From the human T2T-CHM13v2.0 reference genome, Homo sapiens: a stretch of DNA of 64,000 nt. The notes under the pieces are model-generated. The model ran no database searches, was not told the origin of the DNA, and was given only the letters and a program-made list of their open reading frames with translations. The stretch lies in NCBI RefSeq assembly GCF_009914755.1, contig NC_060930.1. One strand, given 5' to 3'. Below, piece after piece: positions 51,385 to 64,000 of this stretch (position 1 is the first letter of the stretch; each line of letters begins with the position of its first letter). Position numbers and translations under genes: made by a program.

Positions 51385-51630
51385 TTCATTGTGGAGAGTC
51401 AAATATGCTCTAGGTACGCCGAGCTAGATACTCTTTTCATAGAATCTCTTTTAATGTTTAAAACAGCATAGGAAGGTATTGCAATGGAGGTTCTTTTCAG
51501 CTCTTCCTAAAGTTGGAGAAACTGAGCCTGAGAGTGGGTTCAGAGACTGCTCAAGATCCCGTGATAGCGCTGGGGATCTAATCCAGGGAAATCTGACTCC
51601 AACAAAACACAAGATCTTTCCACTGTATTT
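51385..51630 (-). mobile_element. MIR fragment
   Basis: gagaaactgagcctgagag...ctcaagatc...atctgactcc...tctttccactg. Confidence 0.55.
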
Positions 51631-51876
51631 TAACAGGGAACAACTGTTTCAGTAAAACTGCTTTACTGTTTTCTATTATTACATATTCAAAGACTGTCTG
51701 GAGACATTTTTCTTTGTTTTTTTTTTCGTTCTTTTTGGAGAAGGGGTGAGGGAGGGGTCCAGGGGAAGAGCCTCAGGTAACAACTGTACTACATCTGCCT
51801 GAGGTCAGTTCTTCCTGAGCCCTATAGACCAGTTATTAAAATGAAATGTAAAGGCAACAATCTATTTCTCTTTTCT

Positions 51877-52206
51877 TGCCTTAGTCTGTTTAGGCTGCCA
51901 TAGCAAAATACCTTAGACTGGTAATGTACCCACAAATTCATTTCTTACAGTTGTGGAGGCTAAAATGTCCAGGATGAAGGTGCTGGCAGATTTGGTGTCT
52001 GGTGAGGACCCACTTTCTGGTTCCTAGATGGCACCTTCTTGCCGCATGCTCACATGGTGGAAGCGTCAAGCGGCCTCTCAGACCTATTTTATAAAAGCAG
52101 TAATCCCATTCATGAGGGCATCACCCCCATCACCTAATAATCACCTCCCACCTTGGGAGTTAGGATTTCAACATAGAAATTTGGAGGGGACACAAAGACC
52201 ATAGCA
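51877..52206 (-). mobile_element. MLT1A0-like LTR
   Basis: tgccttagtctgtttaggctgcc...ggcagatttggtgtctggtgagg...aatcccattcatgaggg...agaccatagca. Confidence 0.88.
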
Positions 52207-52864
52207 TCTTTAAGTTGTGAAAAATAGTTTTCTTTCAAAATCACTTACATAGATTAAATGCTGGCATTCACAAATATGTCATTTCTATAAGTCAGGCATC
52301 ATCAGAATCAGCAACCACAAAACAGTGCACAGGCAGGCTTGCCTCACATCTCCACGAGCTGTCTCACATGCACCTCTGCTCTCACTTGTTAAAGCACCTG
52401 AGCCGTCATACAGACCCTGGTGTGGGTTATGACAGCTAATAACCAGGGGCAGCTCTCCCTCCCACCACATAAGCTTTTCTGTTGAGTTTGTTTCAAGAAA
52501 ACATCTCAAAAGGAATTCTTAGATCCAAACAGGTAGTTATTATGCAAACATTGTAATACAGCCTAGTAAAATCTCAGTGAAGAATGCTATTACCTGTCCT
52601 GAGATCATGGGACAAGAATCCATCAAAAACATGGTAGTGGGGAGGGAGTGTTACCAGGCCATTTCTAGCAATATCTTTCTTATTTTTAATTACTAGATGA
52701 GAAGGAGAAACATCCACATGAAAATGCATGCCAGTGTTTCTAGGTGAACAAAATGACAAAAGCCATAATTGAGACACAGAAGCCATCTTGTCACAGTGTG
52801 CAGAGCTGTGTGGAAAAGCAGCAGCCACATGGGAAAGACAAAACCTGATATATCCCACCCCTCA

Positions 52865-53197
<333 letters not shown>

Positions 53198-53952
53198 AAG
53201 AAACCTTCTCTCTTCTCCCTTTTGTATAACACTACAGTAAGTGGTGAAACACTAGAAAGTGAGCTTTTTTTACTGCTCAACTTAAGGGAATTTCTGAAAA
53301 TTATAAATTTAATTTTACAATGTCCGAGTCCACCTGAGTTTCAGGGAAGAATGATTATACTCACTAATTTTCCCTCCATGAGCAGGCAGATCTAGAAGAG
53401 TTGAGAGCCTTTCTCCTTAGACTCAAAATGAAATTTACCAGGTAGAGTTACAGGAAGAGCAATGACTAAATCAAAACTGACACAGGACAGTAAGATGACT
53501 ATTTAAAAAATTTTGTGACTCATGAATGCTTTATAGTTGAGAGTATTTCAAATATATTTAATGCAGTTGACAATCACCTTTTGAAGTCTATATTATTCCA
53601 AGTTCACTGAGGAAATAAGTTAAAAAAAAGTCAAAAGGCAAATGTGACTTGCCCTGTGTCACGCTGTTACCACATGATGAATGTGAGACTTAAATCAAGG
53701 TTTCTAGACTCTATACCCCGTACAATTGGAATGGCGTTAAGTCATATCACTGAGAAAAGGAAAATATGATAGCTAAATAAAACTTCATGTGGAATCAGGT
53801 TGGATAAAGGTAAATCTGTCCACAAATATGCAGGGTGAACTTGATCTCCATTTCAATTCATTCTTTCCCTTTTCAGTATGACTCCGAGTTCCAGGACCAC
53901 AGAACAATTTTAGTTTTAGTATTCAATTGTAATTTAAAAGTTCTTAAAACAA

Positions 53953-54429
<477 letters not shown>

Positions 54430-55008
54430 TCAGAGACTGTGGCTCTGAAGTGGACAGCAGGCACATGCTCCAAACTGAGATCATCTGGAGCATCTGTGTA
54501 GTCAGCTGTGTTTCTTTTTTCCTGAGGCTCCTTGTTCAGGATAAGAAATTTTGTGGACAGATGAAAAAAAGCTGCCTTGGCACTTCTGAAATGTGCTGAA
54601 CCACAGCAGATAAACAGCTAAACTATCGGAGTCAAGTCTCCAGAGAAAATACAATTCCCAGCCCTGGAAAACAGAGCGCGTTACAAAAGCCAGGCAAGAG
54701 ACACTCTCTTAGCCAAGTAAACAATGACATTCAATACATATGTTCTGTGTACTTTTGCTGGATAGAAATGGAATCATTTCAGATTCACTATTGCCATCTC
54801 AGCAACTAACATCCAGAAAGGGAAGGACAGTGACTGAAGTTCCTAGAAAAAGAGAATTGAGTTGGATGCATCCCTAATGGTGCAGACCAAGAGGCAGGGT
54901 CACAACCTAAAGCAAGAACAAGTAAGTCAACAGTAGTTACTCAGCTTGTCAGCTTATCCTGGGGCTATCCAACATTTCCATTTCTTTCCTGTGAACGGCT
55001 CTCTACCC

Positions 55009-55803
55009 CAGCTATTCACAAACTTTTGAGTCTCAGGCTACCTTTACACTCTTAAAAATGTTTGAGGCTAGGTGCGGTGGCTCACGCCTGTAATCCCAGC
55101 ACTTTGGGAGGCCAAGGTAGGCAGATCACAAGGTCAGGAGTTCCAGACCAGCCTGGCCAATATGGTGAAACCCCGTCTCCACTAAAAATACAAAAATTAG
55201 CTGGACGTGGTGGCAGGTGCCTGTAATCCCAGCTACTCAGGAGGCTGAGGCAGAAGAATCACTTGAACCCGGGAGGCAGAGCTTGCAGTGAGCAGAGATC
55301 ACGCCACTGTACCTCACTGTACTCCAGCATGGGCGACAGAGTGAGACGCCATCTCAAAAATAAATAAATACAGGTTTGAAGACCCCTAAGAGCTTTGGCT
55401 TATATTGGTTATATCAATTTACATTTAGCATTAGAAAATAAATTTTAAATATGTATTTATTCATTTAAAAATAATAAACCCATTATATGTTCATTTAAAA
55501 GTCTATTTTTTAAAAACTATATTTCCCTAAATATAGTAAGAATGGTAACATTGGCTTACCTTTTTGCCAATCTCCTTAATGTCTAGTATAAGAAAAAGTA
55601 GCTAGATTCACATATCAGCTTCTAGATTCCATCTGTTGCAATATTGTATGTCATCTACCCTCTAGAAAACTCCATTCTACACCCATGAGACTAGGAGAGT
55701 CATAATAATGTCTTAGTATTATTTTTAAAGGTTTTGACCCCATGGCCCCTCAAACAGTTGCTGGAACCCTCAGGTATTTCCTGGATCACACTGAGAACCA
55801 CCA
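55009..55803. mobile_element. hAT-Charlie element (MER119/Charlie7a-like) split by an Alu
   Basis: caaacttttgagtctcagg...cctttacactcttaaaaa | gacccctaagagcttt...gaaaactcca...cacactgagaaccac. Confidence 0.75.
55066..55370 (+). mobile_element. AluS (Sg-like)
   Basis: gatcacaaggtcaggagttc short variant; internal duplication cactgtacct/cactgtactc. Confidence 0.95.
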
Positions 55804-55929
55804 TCGTACACTTTCCCTTACACTGAGGGAATCACAGAAGAGCAGGTTTGCTTCCCTTTTTCAGTTAACTAACTCAGTCAAAAATAAAATTTGAAAACAA
55901 AAAGTTGCATTTAGTTACATTTTCGATTA

Positions 55930-56105
55930 AAACATGCTCAAAACCTGACTCCTTCACTCACCCACTGAGTAGGCATGAGGAAGTTTCTAGGGCCTCATTT
56001 CGTTGTCTATAAAAGGGATCTAAAATACCTTTCACGTTGGGCTGTTGTGAAGGTGAGAACAAAAATCTCCTGCCACAAAGTAGGCACTTGAAAATGGCAC
56101 TTTGT
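55930..56105 (+). mobile_element. MIR fragment
   Basis: gggcctcatttcgttgtctataaaaggg...gggctgttgtgaagg...gtaggcact. Confidence 0.55.
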
Positions 56106-56727
56106 TAATATTGAAAACTCCAGAAGGCCCAATCCAGGCCTGGCTGGAAGGAAGGTTCTAAGTCCTGTGACCCTGTCTCTAACCTCAGGGGTGTCTGCAG
56201 ACTGAGCTGCAGGGTCAACCCTCCCTGTGACGTTAATTCCAACAATTGTTATGACGAGATAAATGAGAATCTAGCCAAAGAGGGCTCTGCACCAATCCAA
56301 GCACCTTGACCTCATTGTAACAATTGTTCGTCAAGTAAGAAGAAACCGGCATTGATGAGGTGCCAATTGCACAATAGAACTAGTCAGGTAACCCTGAGTG
56401 AGCTGCATAACTAGCTGGAAGTTAAAGGAAAGGGTACCCGGACCCAATGGCTTTGCCGTGCTGACACTGTCTACATACTCTCAGTCTCATAGTATGTGAT
56501 TGCTCGTATCTGAATGTGGAGTTACTAAGATATCAGAAACTGTACCTGGGAGTTAGTAGACTTACATTATGCTGTTACTTAAAGTACTATGTTGTTGGTG
56601 TCCTGTGCCCTTCACTAAAGCTAGGTTAATGTGATGCTGGGGTCCGTATCATCTCTCTTGAGTTTTAATGTCCACCAAACTCATAAGCACTGTTGCTTCT
56701 GGGAGAGTGAACACTGAAAGATTCTGA

Positions 56728-57232
56728 GTTTATTCATCTACTCTCTTGTTAATGGACATTTAGAATAATTCCAGTTGGGAGCTGTTACAAATAGCACTGC
56801 TATGGACACTCTTATTCATGTCTTTTGGTGAACACATGAACGTATTTAGTATGACACACACACATACAGGGTCATCCGTTGGTATACATGGGGATTGGTT
56901 CCAGGACCAATTCTGTATCTGCTGATATACCTTAAATCATTTCTAGATTACTTATAATACCTAATGAAATGTAAATGCCACATGGTCATTTTACGGTATT
57001 GTTTAGAAAAAAAAAGAAGTCTGTACATGTTCAGTACAAATTTTTCCAAATATTTTTCATTAGCAGTTGGTTGAATTCATGAACATAGAACCTATGGCTA
57101 TGGAGGGCCAACTATATACATATATTTGGGTGATAAGGTATATTTATGTTCATCCTTAATAAATACTGTCAAAAGTTTCTAAAGTGGTTATTCCAATGTA
57201 TACCTTTACCAGCAAAATATGAAACTTCCAAA
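56728..57232 (-). mobile_element. Old L1ME/MC fragment split by MER2
   Basis: atggacatttag...ccagttggg...acaaatagcactgctatg...aaagtggtt...accagcaa. Confidence 0.7.
56867..57114. mobile_element. MER2 (Tigger-family)
   Basis: TA|cagggtcatccgttggtatacatggggattggttccaggac ... tatggagggccaacta|TA. Confidence 0.85.
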
Positions 57233-57457
57233 TATTTTTTCCTATTAAAATCGGAGGATTTTGTCTACTATTTTATCAGGGCCATATTCTCTACTACTGA
57301 CTTTCATAACCAACTCAACCATTAGTTGCTAATGCCTATGATACTAATGATGTTAGTACCATCACTGATATCCTAATAAAGAGTTATTGGATTTGCCCCA
57401 TGTCGTAACCTAAAAAAGGTTCTTAAATGATGAGATGTCAAATATTACATCAGCAGA

Positions 57458-60400
57458 AACATTATACCTCTAAAACTGGAAAAACAAGAACAAACTAAGC
57501 CCAAAGTTAGCAGAAGAAAACAAGTCAGAGCAAAAATAGAGAAAAAATACAAAAAAAAAAAACCAACAAAACTAGGAGTTGGTTTTTTGAAAAGATAATC
57601 ATAATCAACAAACCATTAGCTAGACAGAAAAAAAAAGACTCAAATAAATTAAATCAGAAATGAATGAGGAGACATAACTGATATCACAGAAGTGCAAAGG
57701 CTTATGAGAGACTATTGGATAACCACCAAATTGGATAACCTAGAAGAAACTGATGAATTCCAAGATACAGACAACATACCAAGAGTGAATCACAACAAAA
57801 TAGAAAACCTGAACAGGCCAATAATGAGTAAGGAGATTAGATCAGTAATAAAAAGTTTTCCATCAAGGAAAAGCCCAGAACCTGACGGCTTCACTGCAAA
57901 ATTCTAACCAACACTTAAAGAAAAACTAATACCAATCCTTCTCAAACTAATTCAAAAAACGACCAAGAGGGAATACTTCCAAACTCATTTTATGAGGTCT
58001 GCAATACCCTGAGAGTGAAGCCAGACAAGAAAACTACAAAAAAAGAATATTACAGGACAAAATCTTTGAATATAGATGCAAAAATCCTCAACAAAATACT
58101 AGCAAACCAAATTCAGTAGAACATTAAAAGGATCATTCACCATGATCTAGACGGACTTATCCAGGGATGCAAAGATAGTTTAATATATGAAAACCTATAA
58201 ATGTGATAAGCCACATGAACAGAATGAAGAAAAAAATATTTCAATAAATGTAGAAAAATCATTGGACTAAATTTGACATCCTTTCATAATAACAATTGTC
58301 AACAAATTATATGTAGAAGGAATGTACCTCAACACAATAAAGGCCACATATCACAAACTGACAGCTAATAGACTCAACAGTGAAAAGTTGAACACTCTTC
58401 CTCTAAGATAAGGAATAAGGTAAGGATGCCCACTTTCACCACTTCTTTCAACATAGTACTAGAAGTTTTAGCCAGAGCAATTAGGCAAGAGAAATTAGTA
58501 AAAGGTATTCAAATTGGAAAGGAACAAGTTAAATTATCCCTGTTTGAAGATGACCTATTTATATTAAAAAAAAAAAAAAAACCCTAAAGAGTCCACCAAA
58601 AAACTCTTAGGACTAGTAAATTCAGTAAACTTACAGAATTTAAAGTCAACATACAATAAGCGGCATTTCTATACACTGATAACAAATTATCAAAGAAACT
58701 AAGAAAATAATCTTATTTACAATAGCTACAAAAAAAACACCCAGGAATAACTTTAATAAGAATGTAAAAGATCTGTATACTGAATACTACAAAATATTAA
58801 CAAAATTGAAGATACAAATGGGAAGATATCCCATGTTCATAAATTGAAAAAAAAAACATAGCTAAAATATCCATACTACCCAAAGTGATCTATGGATTCA
58901 CTGCAAACCCTATCAAAATTTCAATGACATTTTCCACAGAAATAGAAAAACATTCTAAAATTTGTGTGGAACTACAAAAGACTCCAAATAGCCAAAGCAA
59001 TCTTGAGCAAAAAGGACAAAGCTGGAGGCATCACACTACCTGACTTCAAAATATACTACAAAGCAATAGTAATCAAAACAGCATGGTACTGGAATAAAAA
59101 CAGATATACAGATCAGTGAAGCAGAATATGAAGCCCAGAACTAAATTCATGCATTTACAGTCAATTGATTGCCAAGAGCACATAATAGAAAAAGAAGTCT
59201 TTTCAATAAACAGAGTAGGGACAACTGGATATCCACAAGCAGAAGAATGAAATTAAATGCTTATTCACACCATATACTAAAATCAGCTCAAAATGGATTA
59301 AGGATTTATATGTAAGATCTGAAACTGTAAAACTAATAGAAGAAAACATGTGGAAAAGTTCCATGACATTGGTATGAGTGATAATTTTTGAATATAAACG
59401 CAAAAGTAAAGGCAACAAAAAACAAAAATTAGTAAGTGAAATTACATAATAAAAAGCTCTGCACAGCCAAGCAAACAATACACAGAGTGAAGAAACATCC
59501 TATGGAATGGAAGAAATGACTTGTAAACCATACGTCTGATAAAGATTATCCAAAATACATAACTAAAACAACAGTAATAAAAGAACTCAATTAAAAATGG
59601 ACAAAAAAATCTGAATAGACATTTCTCAAAAGAGGATATACAATTGTCCAACTAGCATAGGGAAAAATACTCAAAATAATCAGAGAAATGCAAGTCAAAA
59701 CCACAACAAGGTATCCCCTCACATCTGTAAGAATGCCTATTATCAAAAAGAAAAATGGTAAGTGTTGACAAGGATACGGAGAAAAGAGAACCCTTGTACA
59801 CTGTTGGAATGTGAATTAGTATAGCCATTATGGACAATGTGGACATGTGTTAGGCTATTCTTGCATTGCTATAAATAAATTCCTGAGATTGGGTAATTTA
59901 TAAAGAAAAAAGGCTTAATTAGCTCACAGTTCTATAGGCTGTACAGGAAGCATAGCTCTGGCATCAGCTTCTGGGGAGGGCTCAGGAAGCTTACAATCAT
60001 GGTGAAGGCAAAGCAGGAGCAGGGACTTGACCAGATCTCAAGGGAACTCACTCACTCTGGTGAAACAGCACCAAGCCATGAGGAAGGCATCAACTCCCAT
60101 GACCCAAACACCTCCCATCAGGCCTTACCTCCAGCATTGGGCTTTACAATTCAACATGAGATTTGGGTGGGGACAAGTATTTGAACTATATTAGGAGGCT
60201 TCTCAAAAAATTAAACATAGGACTACTGCATGACCCGGCAATCCCACCAATTGGTATATATCCAAAGGAAATGAAATCCATATGTTGAAGAGATATCTGC
60301 ACTGCCATGTTCACTGCAGCATTATTCACAATAGCCAAGATATGGAATCAACCTAGGTGTCCATCAATGGATGAATGAAAAAAAATTGTAGTACATATAG

Positions 60401-60897
60401 ACAATTAACTACAGTTCAGCCTTAAAAAAAGAATAAAAAGAAAATCTTGTCATTTGAGAACATGGATGAACCTAAATGACACTGTGTTAAGTGAAATAGG
60501 CCAGGAAGAAGAAAGCAAGTATCATATGACCTTACATATATGTGGAATCTAAAAAACATTAAATTCATTGAAGTCAAGAGTAGAATGGTGGTTACCAGAG
60601 CCCAGGGATGGGAGTGGGGGTATGTTAGTCAAAGGATACAAAATGTCAGATAGGAAGAACCAGTTCAAGAGGCCTACTGTACAACATCATGACTGTCATT
60701 AACAACAATATATCATGTTCTTGAAAATTGCTAAGGGTAGATTTTAAGCGTTTTCACCACAAAAGGTGTGTGTGAGATAATGCATATGTTAGTTTTCTCA
60801 ATTTAGCCATTCCACAATGTATGCATATTTCAAAACAGCATGTTGCATGTAACAAACATACACAATTTTTGTTTGTCAAGTTAAAATTAAATAAAAG
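57458..60897 (+). mobile_element. 5'-truncated L1MA (L1MA6/7-like): decayed ORF2 and 3'UTR
   Basis: ORF 57692 KLDNLEE.D.F...IENLNRPI.SKEI.SVIK..P..KSP.PDGFTA.F; RT region ctgtttgaagatgac; L1MA 3'UTR ending in an A-rich tail. Confidence 0.93.
59846..60193 (-). mobile_element. MSTA/B LTR inserted in L1MA
   Basis: ttcttgcattgctataaa...gctcacagttctataggctgtacaggaagcat...caacatgagatttgggtggggaca. Confidence 0.9.
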
Positions 60898-61057
60898 CCT
60901 CAAAAAAGAGAAATCAGTAGGAAAAGAGGATCCTGAAGTTCCAGTTCCCAAATCATATGGTCAGATCTTCTATCTCTTTGCAACAAATGTAAGCCAGTTT
61001 CAGACCCTTGGTGTTAGGACAGAGCCACAGAGCTAAGGTTATTCAATATAGCCTGGA

Positions 61058-61207
61058 GCCTTGCACTCGGAAGTGTGGTCCTCAGACCAACAGCACCGGC
61101 CTCACCTAAGCACATCTTAACAATACAGCATCTCATCAGGCCACCCCAGACCTACTAAATCAGAATCTTTATTCAGCAAAATCTGGATTATAATTTGAGA
61201 AGCACTG
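61058..61207. mobile_element. MER5A
   Basis: aagtgtggtcctcagacc...caccccagacctactaaatcagaatct...tttgagaagcactg. Confidence 0.75.
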
Positions 61208-62239
61208 CTATACAGGTCTACTACAAGGAGGAGCCATAGAGGTGAAATTTCACTAATCATGGATTAATAGAGCTTGTGGGCACTTCACAGCCAAGGCACA
61301 TGCACCTGCAGAAAGTCCATCTGTCTTTTCCTGAGGCTATCTTTTTGCCTCCTACTTGGACCTAAGACTTCTGTGCCCAAAGACAAGAGCAGAGTTTATC
61401 AGGAGAGCAGACACACAATTATAATACAATGTTGCTGAGATTGTTGACAGATTTATAGCAAGTCTTATAAATTTACATATCTTTTAAAAAGCTATTAGTT
61501 CTTTTTGCAGTGATGGGAGAAGGTTTCAGAGAGATGAAGTTTGCCTAGTCTGGAACAATAGATGAGAGCCTGCCAGTCAGAAGTGGCAGTCCAAATTAAG
61601 GAAAGAAACAGAAAAAAAAAAGAAGTATTCAGTAAAGTTTTCTTTGTAGCACTTGTCTTTACTTTCTGCACCTTTTCCAACTCTGACTCTCTCCTTCCTC
61701 CTGATGTGTATCAGTGTTAATTCTTCTTTCCTCCTCCATTTTGCCTCTAGCTATGCATTTCTCCCTAAATGCTCTTGATAACGTGATTGATCTTTCCCGA
61801 ACAGCAGCTACACAGGCTGTGCAATGCACAACTCCAGAGGAAAACATTCACAGCACAAAATTACTAATGGCATCCGCTGAAATTATGTTCTGTAACAGCC
61901 CTGACATGATCAAGCAAAGTCTTTCTTTCTTGATACTCAAAGAATACTGTGGGAATTACACTGTTGAATACCCCTTAAGAAATGCTCTCTTTTTTTGATG
62001 TCTGTGATACTGTATAATAATGACTTCTTTCCTACAACTTCCATAAATGACTTTTCTGCCCCCGTTACCTTTTTCCACAGACTGACAGCAGGTATTTTTT
62101 CAGATTCCCAAATACTTATTCCTTAGCACTTTTCTCTTGTATAATTTAATAACAAATAAAAAAACTTTTTTCTAATACTCAATGGTATTATCTGTGGACC
62201 CCTAAATATCCCTATTTGTTCTCTTGTACTCTTTCAATC

Positions 62240-62460
62240 TTCAATTTCATACTGGCAGATATCTGCAGGACTTTTATTTGCCTCAAACACATAAATAATT
62301 CAAACACACACACACACTCCTCCACTACCAAAAAATGTTCCCCTGAACAATTCCCATACCTTTCAGGAACCAAGTCTCAGAACCTTAAAATTGCTACTGA
62401 TTCATTCCTCTACTTCAGCTTTATATCCACCCACCCAGTTGATGGGTTTTTATTTTAAGC
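62240..62460 (+). mobile_element. L2 fragment
   Basis: cctcaaacaca...ctcagaaccttaaaattgctactgattcattcctct. Confidence 0.45.
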
Positions 62461-62839
62461 TACATGATGACATCTTCCTTTGTAACATCCTCAATAGGAA
62501 AATATGGTTATATACAATTCTAGGGTCCCTAATTATACAGCCATCCCTGTCTTATTTAAGAAAGCATAGCAAAATGCAGAAGAATGATCACTAAGAAGGC
62601 AATGTATTATGGGGATAAGCTTGAATTTTTTTAAATTAAATAATTTACAAAGTCCAGGAGCTTAAGGGTTATTCACAGCAGTGACTCACAGTATGCAAGT
62701 GGTGACAACTTTGTGCCTTGAGCCACTGAAGGTGACAGCCACCAGCATGGAAGATGTAACTAGACTCTTAAAACACAGGAATGTAGCAGCAGTGGTGAAG
62801 TCCTAGGCTCTCTAAAGGGAGAAGTATTTTCCTGAAGGA

Positions 62840-63114
62840 GAGTCAGTATGGAACTGCTGGTTTCTATAGGCTGCCTGTGGACCTTGCCTTGTGATATCTC
62901 TCCATCTCCAAGACTCACTCTGGTCTCTATCTGTCACCACATTGCCTTGTCCTCTGACTCCGCCTCTTTCTGTGTCTCTCATAAAAATTCCTGCGATTAC
63001 AATGAACCCACTTGAATAACCCAGGATCATGTCTTCGTTTCATAATCCTTCATTTAAGTACATCTTCAGAGTCCCTTTTGCCACATGGGGTAACATTCAC
63101 AAATCCCTAGGATT
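62840..63114 (-). mobile_element. MLT1C/D-like LTR fragment
   Basis: gattacaatgaacccacttgaataacccaggat...gtcccttttgccacatggggtaacattcaca. Confidence 0.7.
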
Positions 63115-63397
63115 CTGCAAATACAAATTATGAATTCCAAAATAAAATCTGGCAAAGAGCTCCCCTCCATATTGCTGTCCCCAGAAGCACTTTTATTCAA
63201 TAGTAGAGCTCCATGTACTATTTCAAGAGTGACCACATAAAGAAGTCGAAAGTGTTTATCAAGGGTCTGCTATGTGTCAGTCATTGTCCTGCCTGCTTAG
63301 AGATGACTCTAGCAAGGGAGACACATCTATTAGTAGGTGCTTTTGATGTGTCCTAGTGAATACAAATATACAAATAGTTTAGTAATTGACCCATTTC

Positions 63398-63596
63398 TAT
63401 GCCTCCCTCTTCCACTTTTAAGGATTCATGTGATTGGACTGGGTCCACTGGAATGATCCCAGATAATCGTTTGATTTCAAGGTCTTTAACTTAATTACAC
63501 TTGCAAAGTCCCTTTTGCTATCTGAGCTAACGTATTCACAGGTTCCAGGGATTAGGAATTAGACAACTTTTGGGGACCATTATTCTGTCGACCACA
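63398..63596 (-). mobile_element. MLT1D-like LTR 5' part
   Basis: gcaaagtcccttttgc...ttcacaggttccagggattagg...ggggaccattattctgtcgaccaca. Confidence 0.8.
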
Positions 63597-63864
63597 GGAG
63601 GAGTGCATGCAAGATTGAAAAAACTCAACTAGCAAAATCAATGATACAGGAAGACCTGGGATCTATTCAAAGATCTTCCTTTTGAACACATTTGAAGCAT
63701 ATTAGTTTTATTTGTATAAAGATCATGCACACAAATTGAGGAAAACACAAATAGCCATGATCCCCCAAGTCAAATGTGCCAGTGACATTCTGAAGGACGG
63801 GTTACTTACCGAGTCAATTCAAGCATAAACATGTTACGGTCCACGATTTGACAGATGGGAGAAA

Positions 63865-64000
63865 ATCTACGAGAATGCTTATTTCAGCATCACTTAGAGG
63901 GCAGAAAGTTGCAGGCAACCTGGTTGTCTATTACTGGGAAAGTGAACAGGGAACTATCAACAGATAGTTACATATGACCAGTATAACTCAGTAATCAGGA
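63865..64000 (+). mobile_element. Old L1M fragment, runs off the window
   Basis: gaatgcttatttcagcat...ggcaacctggttgtctattactggg. Confidence 0.45.

Overview
This is primate (human-like) AT-rich, CpG-poor DNA from a gene-poor intergenic region or a very large intron. I find no supportable protein-coding gene, RNA gene, CpG island or CRISPR array. Every protein-like ORF in the track traces to Alu, L1, LTR or microsatellite sequence. About half the window is interspersed repeat: about 12 Alu/FLAM/FAM copies, several L1 fragments, a near full-length Tigger1, other DNA transposons (Tigger2a, MER2, MER5, MER58, MER119-like), many MaLR LTRs, solo ERV LTRs (LTR14B/HERV-K14, LTR9, MER54-like), and MIR/L2 relics. 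Subfamily names come from my recall of consensus sequences and need RepeatMasker/Dfam confirmation. I did not find a convincing novel biological system. The best second-look items are: (i) DNA repair or template-switch scars (triple palindrome at 27958-28041, snap-back insertion at 19523-19554, L1/MER47A chimera, an L1 with an inverted ORF1 piece); (ii) enhancer-like motif clusters in unique sequence (56226-56375, 7415-7817, 546-776) and an octamer-bearing LTR9; (iii) two microexon or recursive-splice-like signals.
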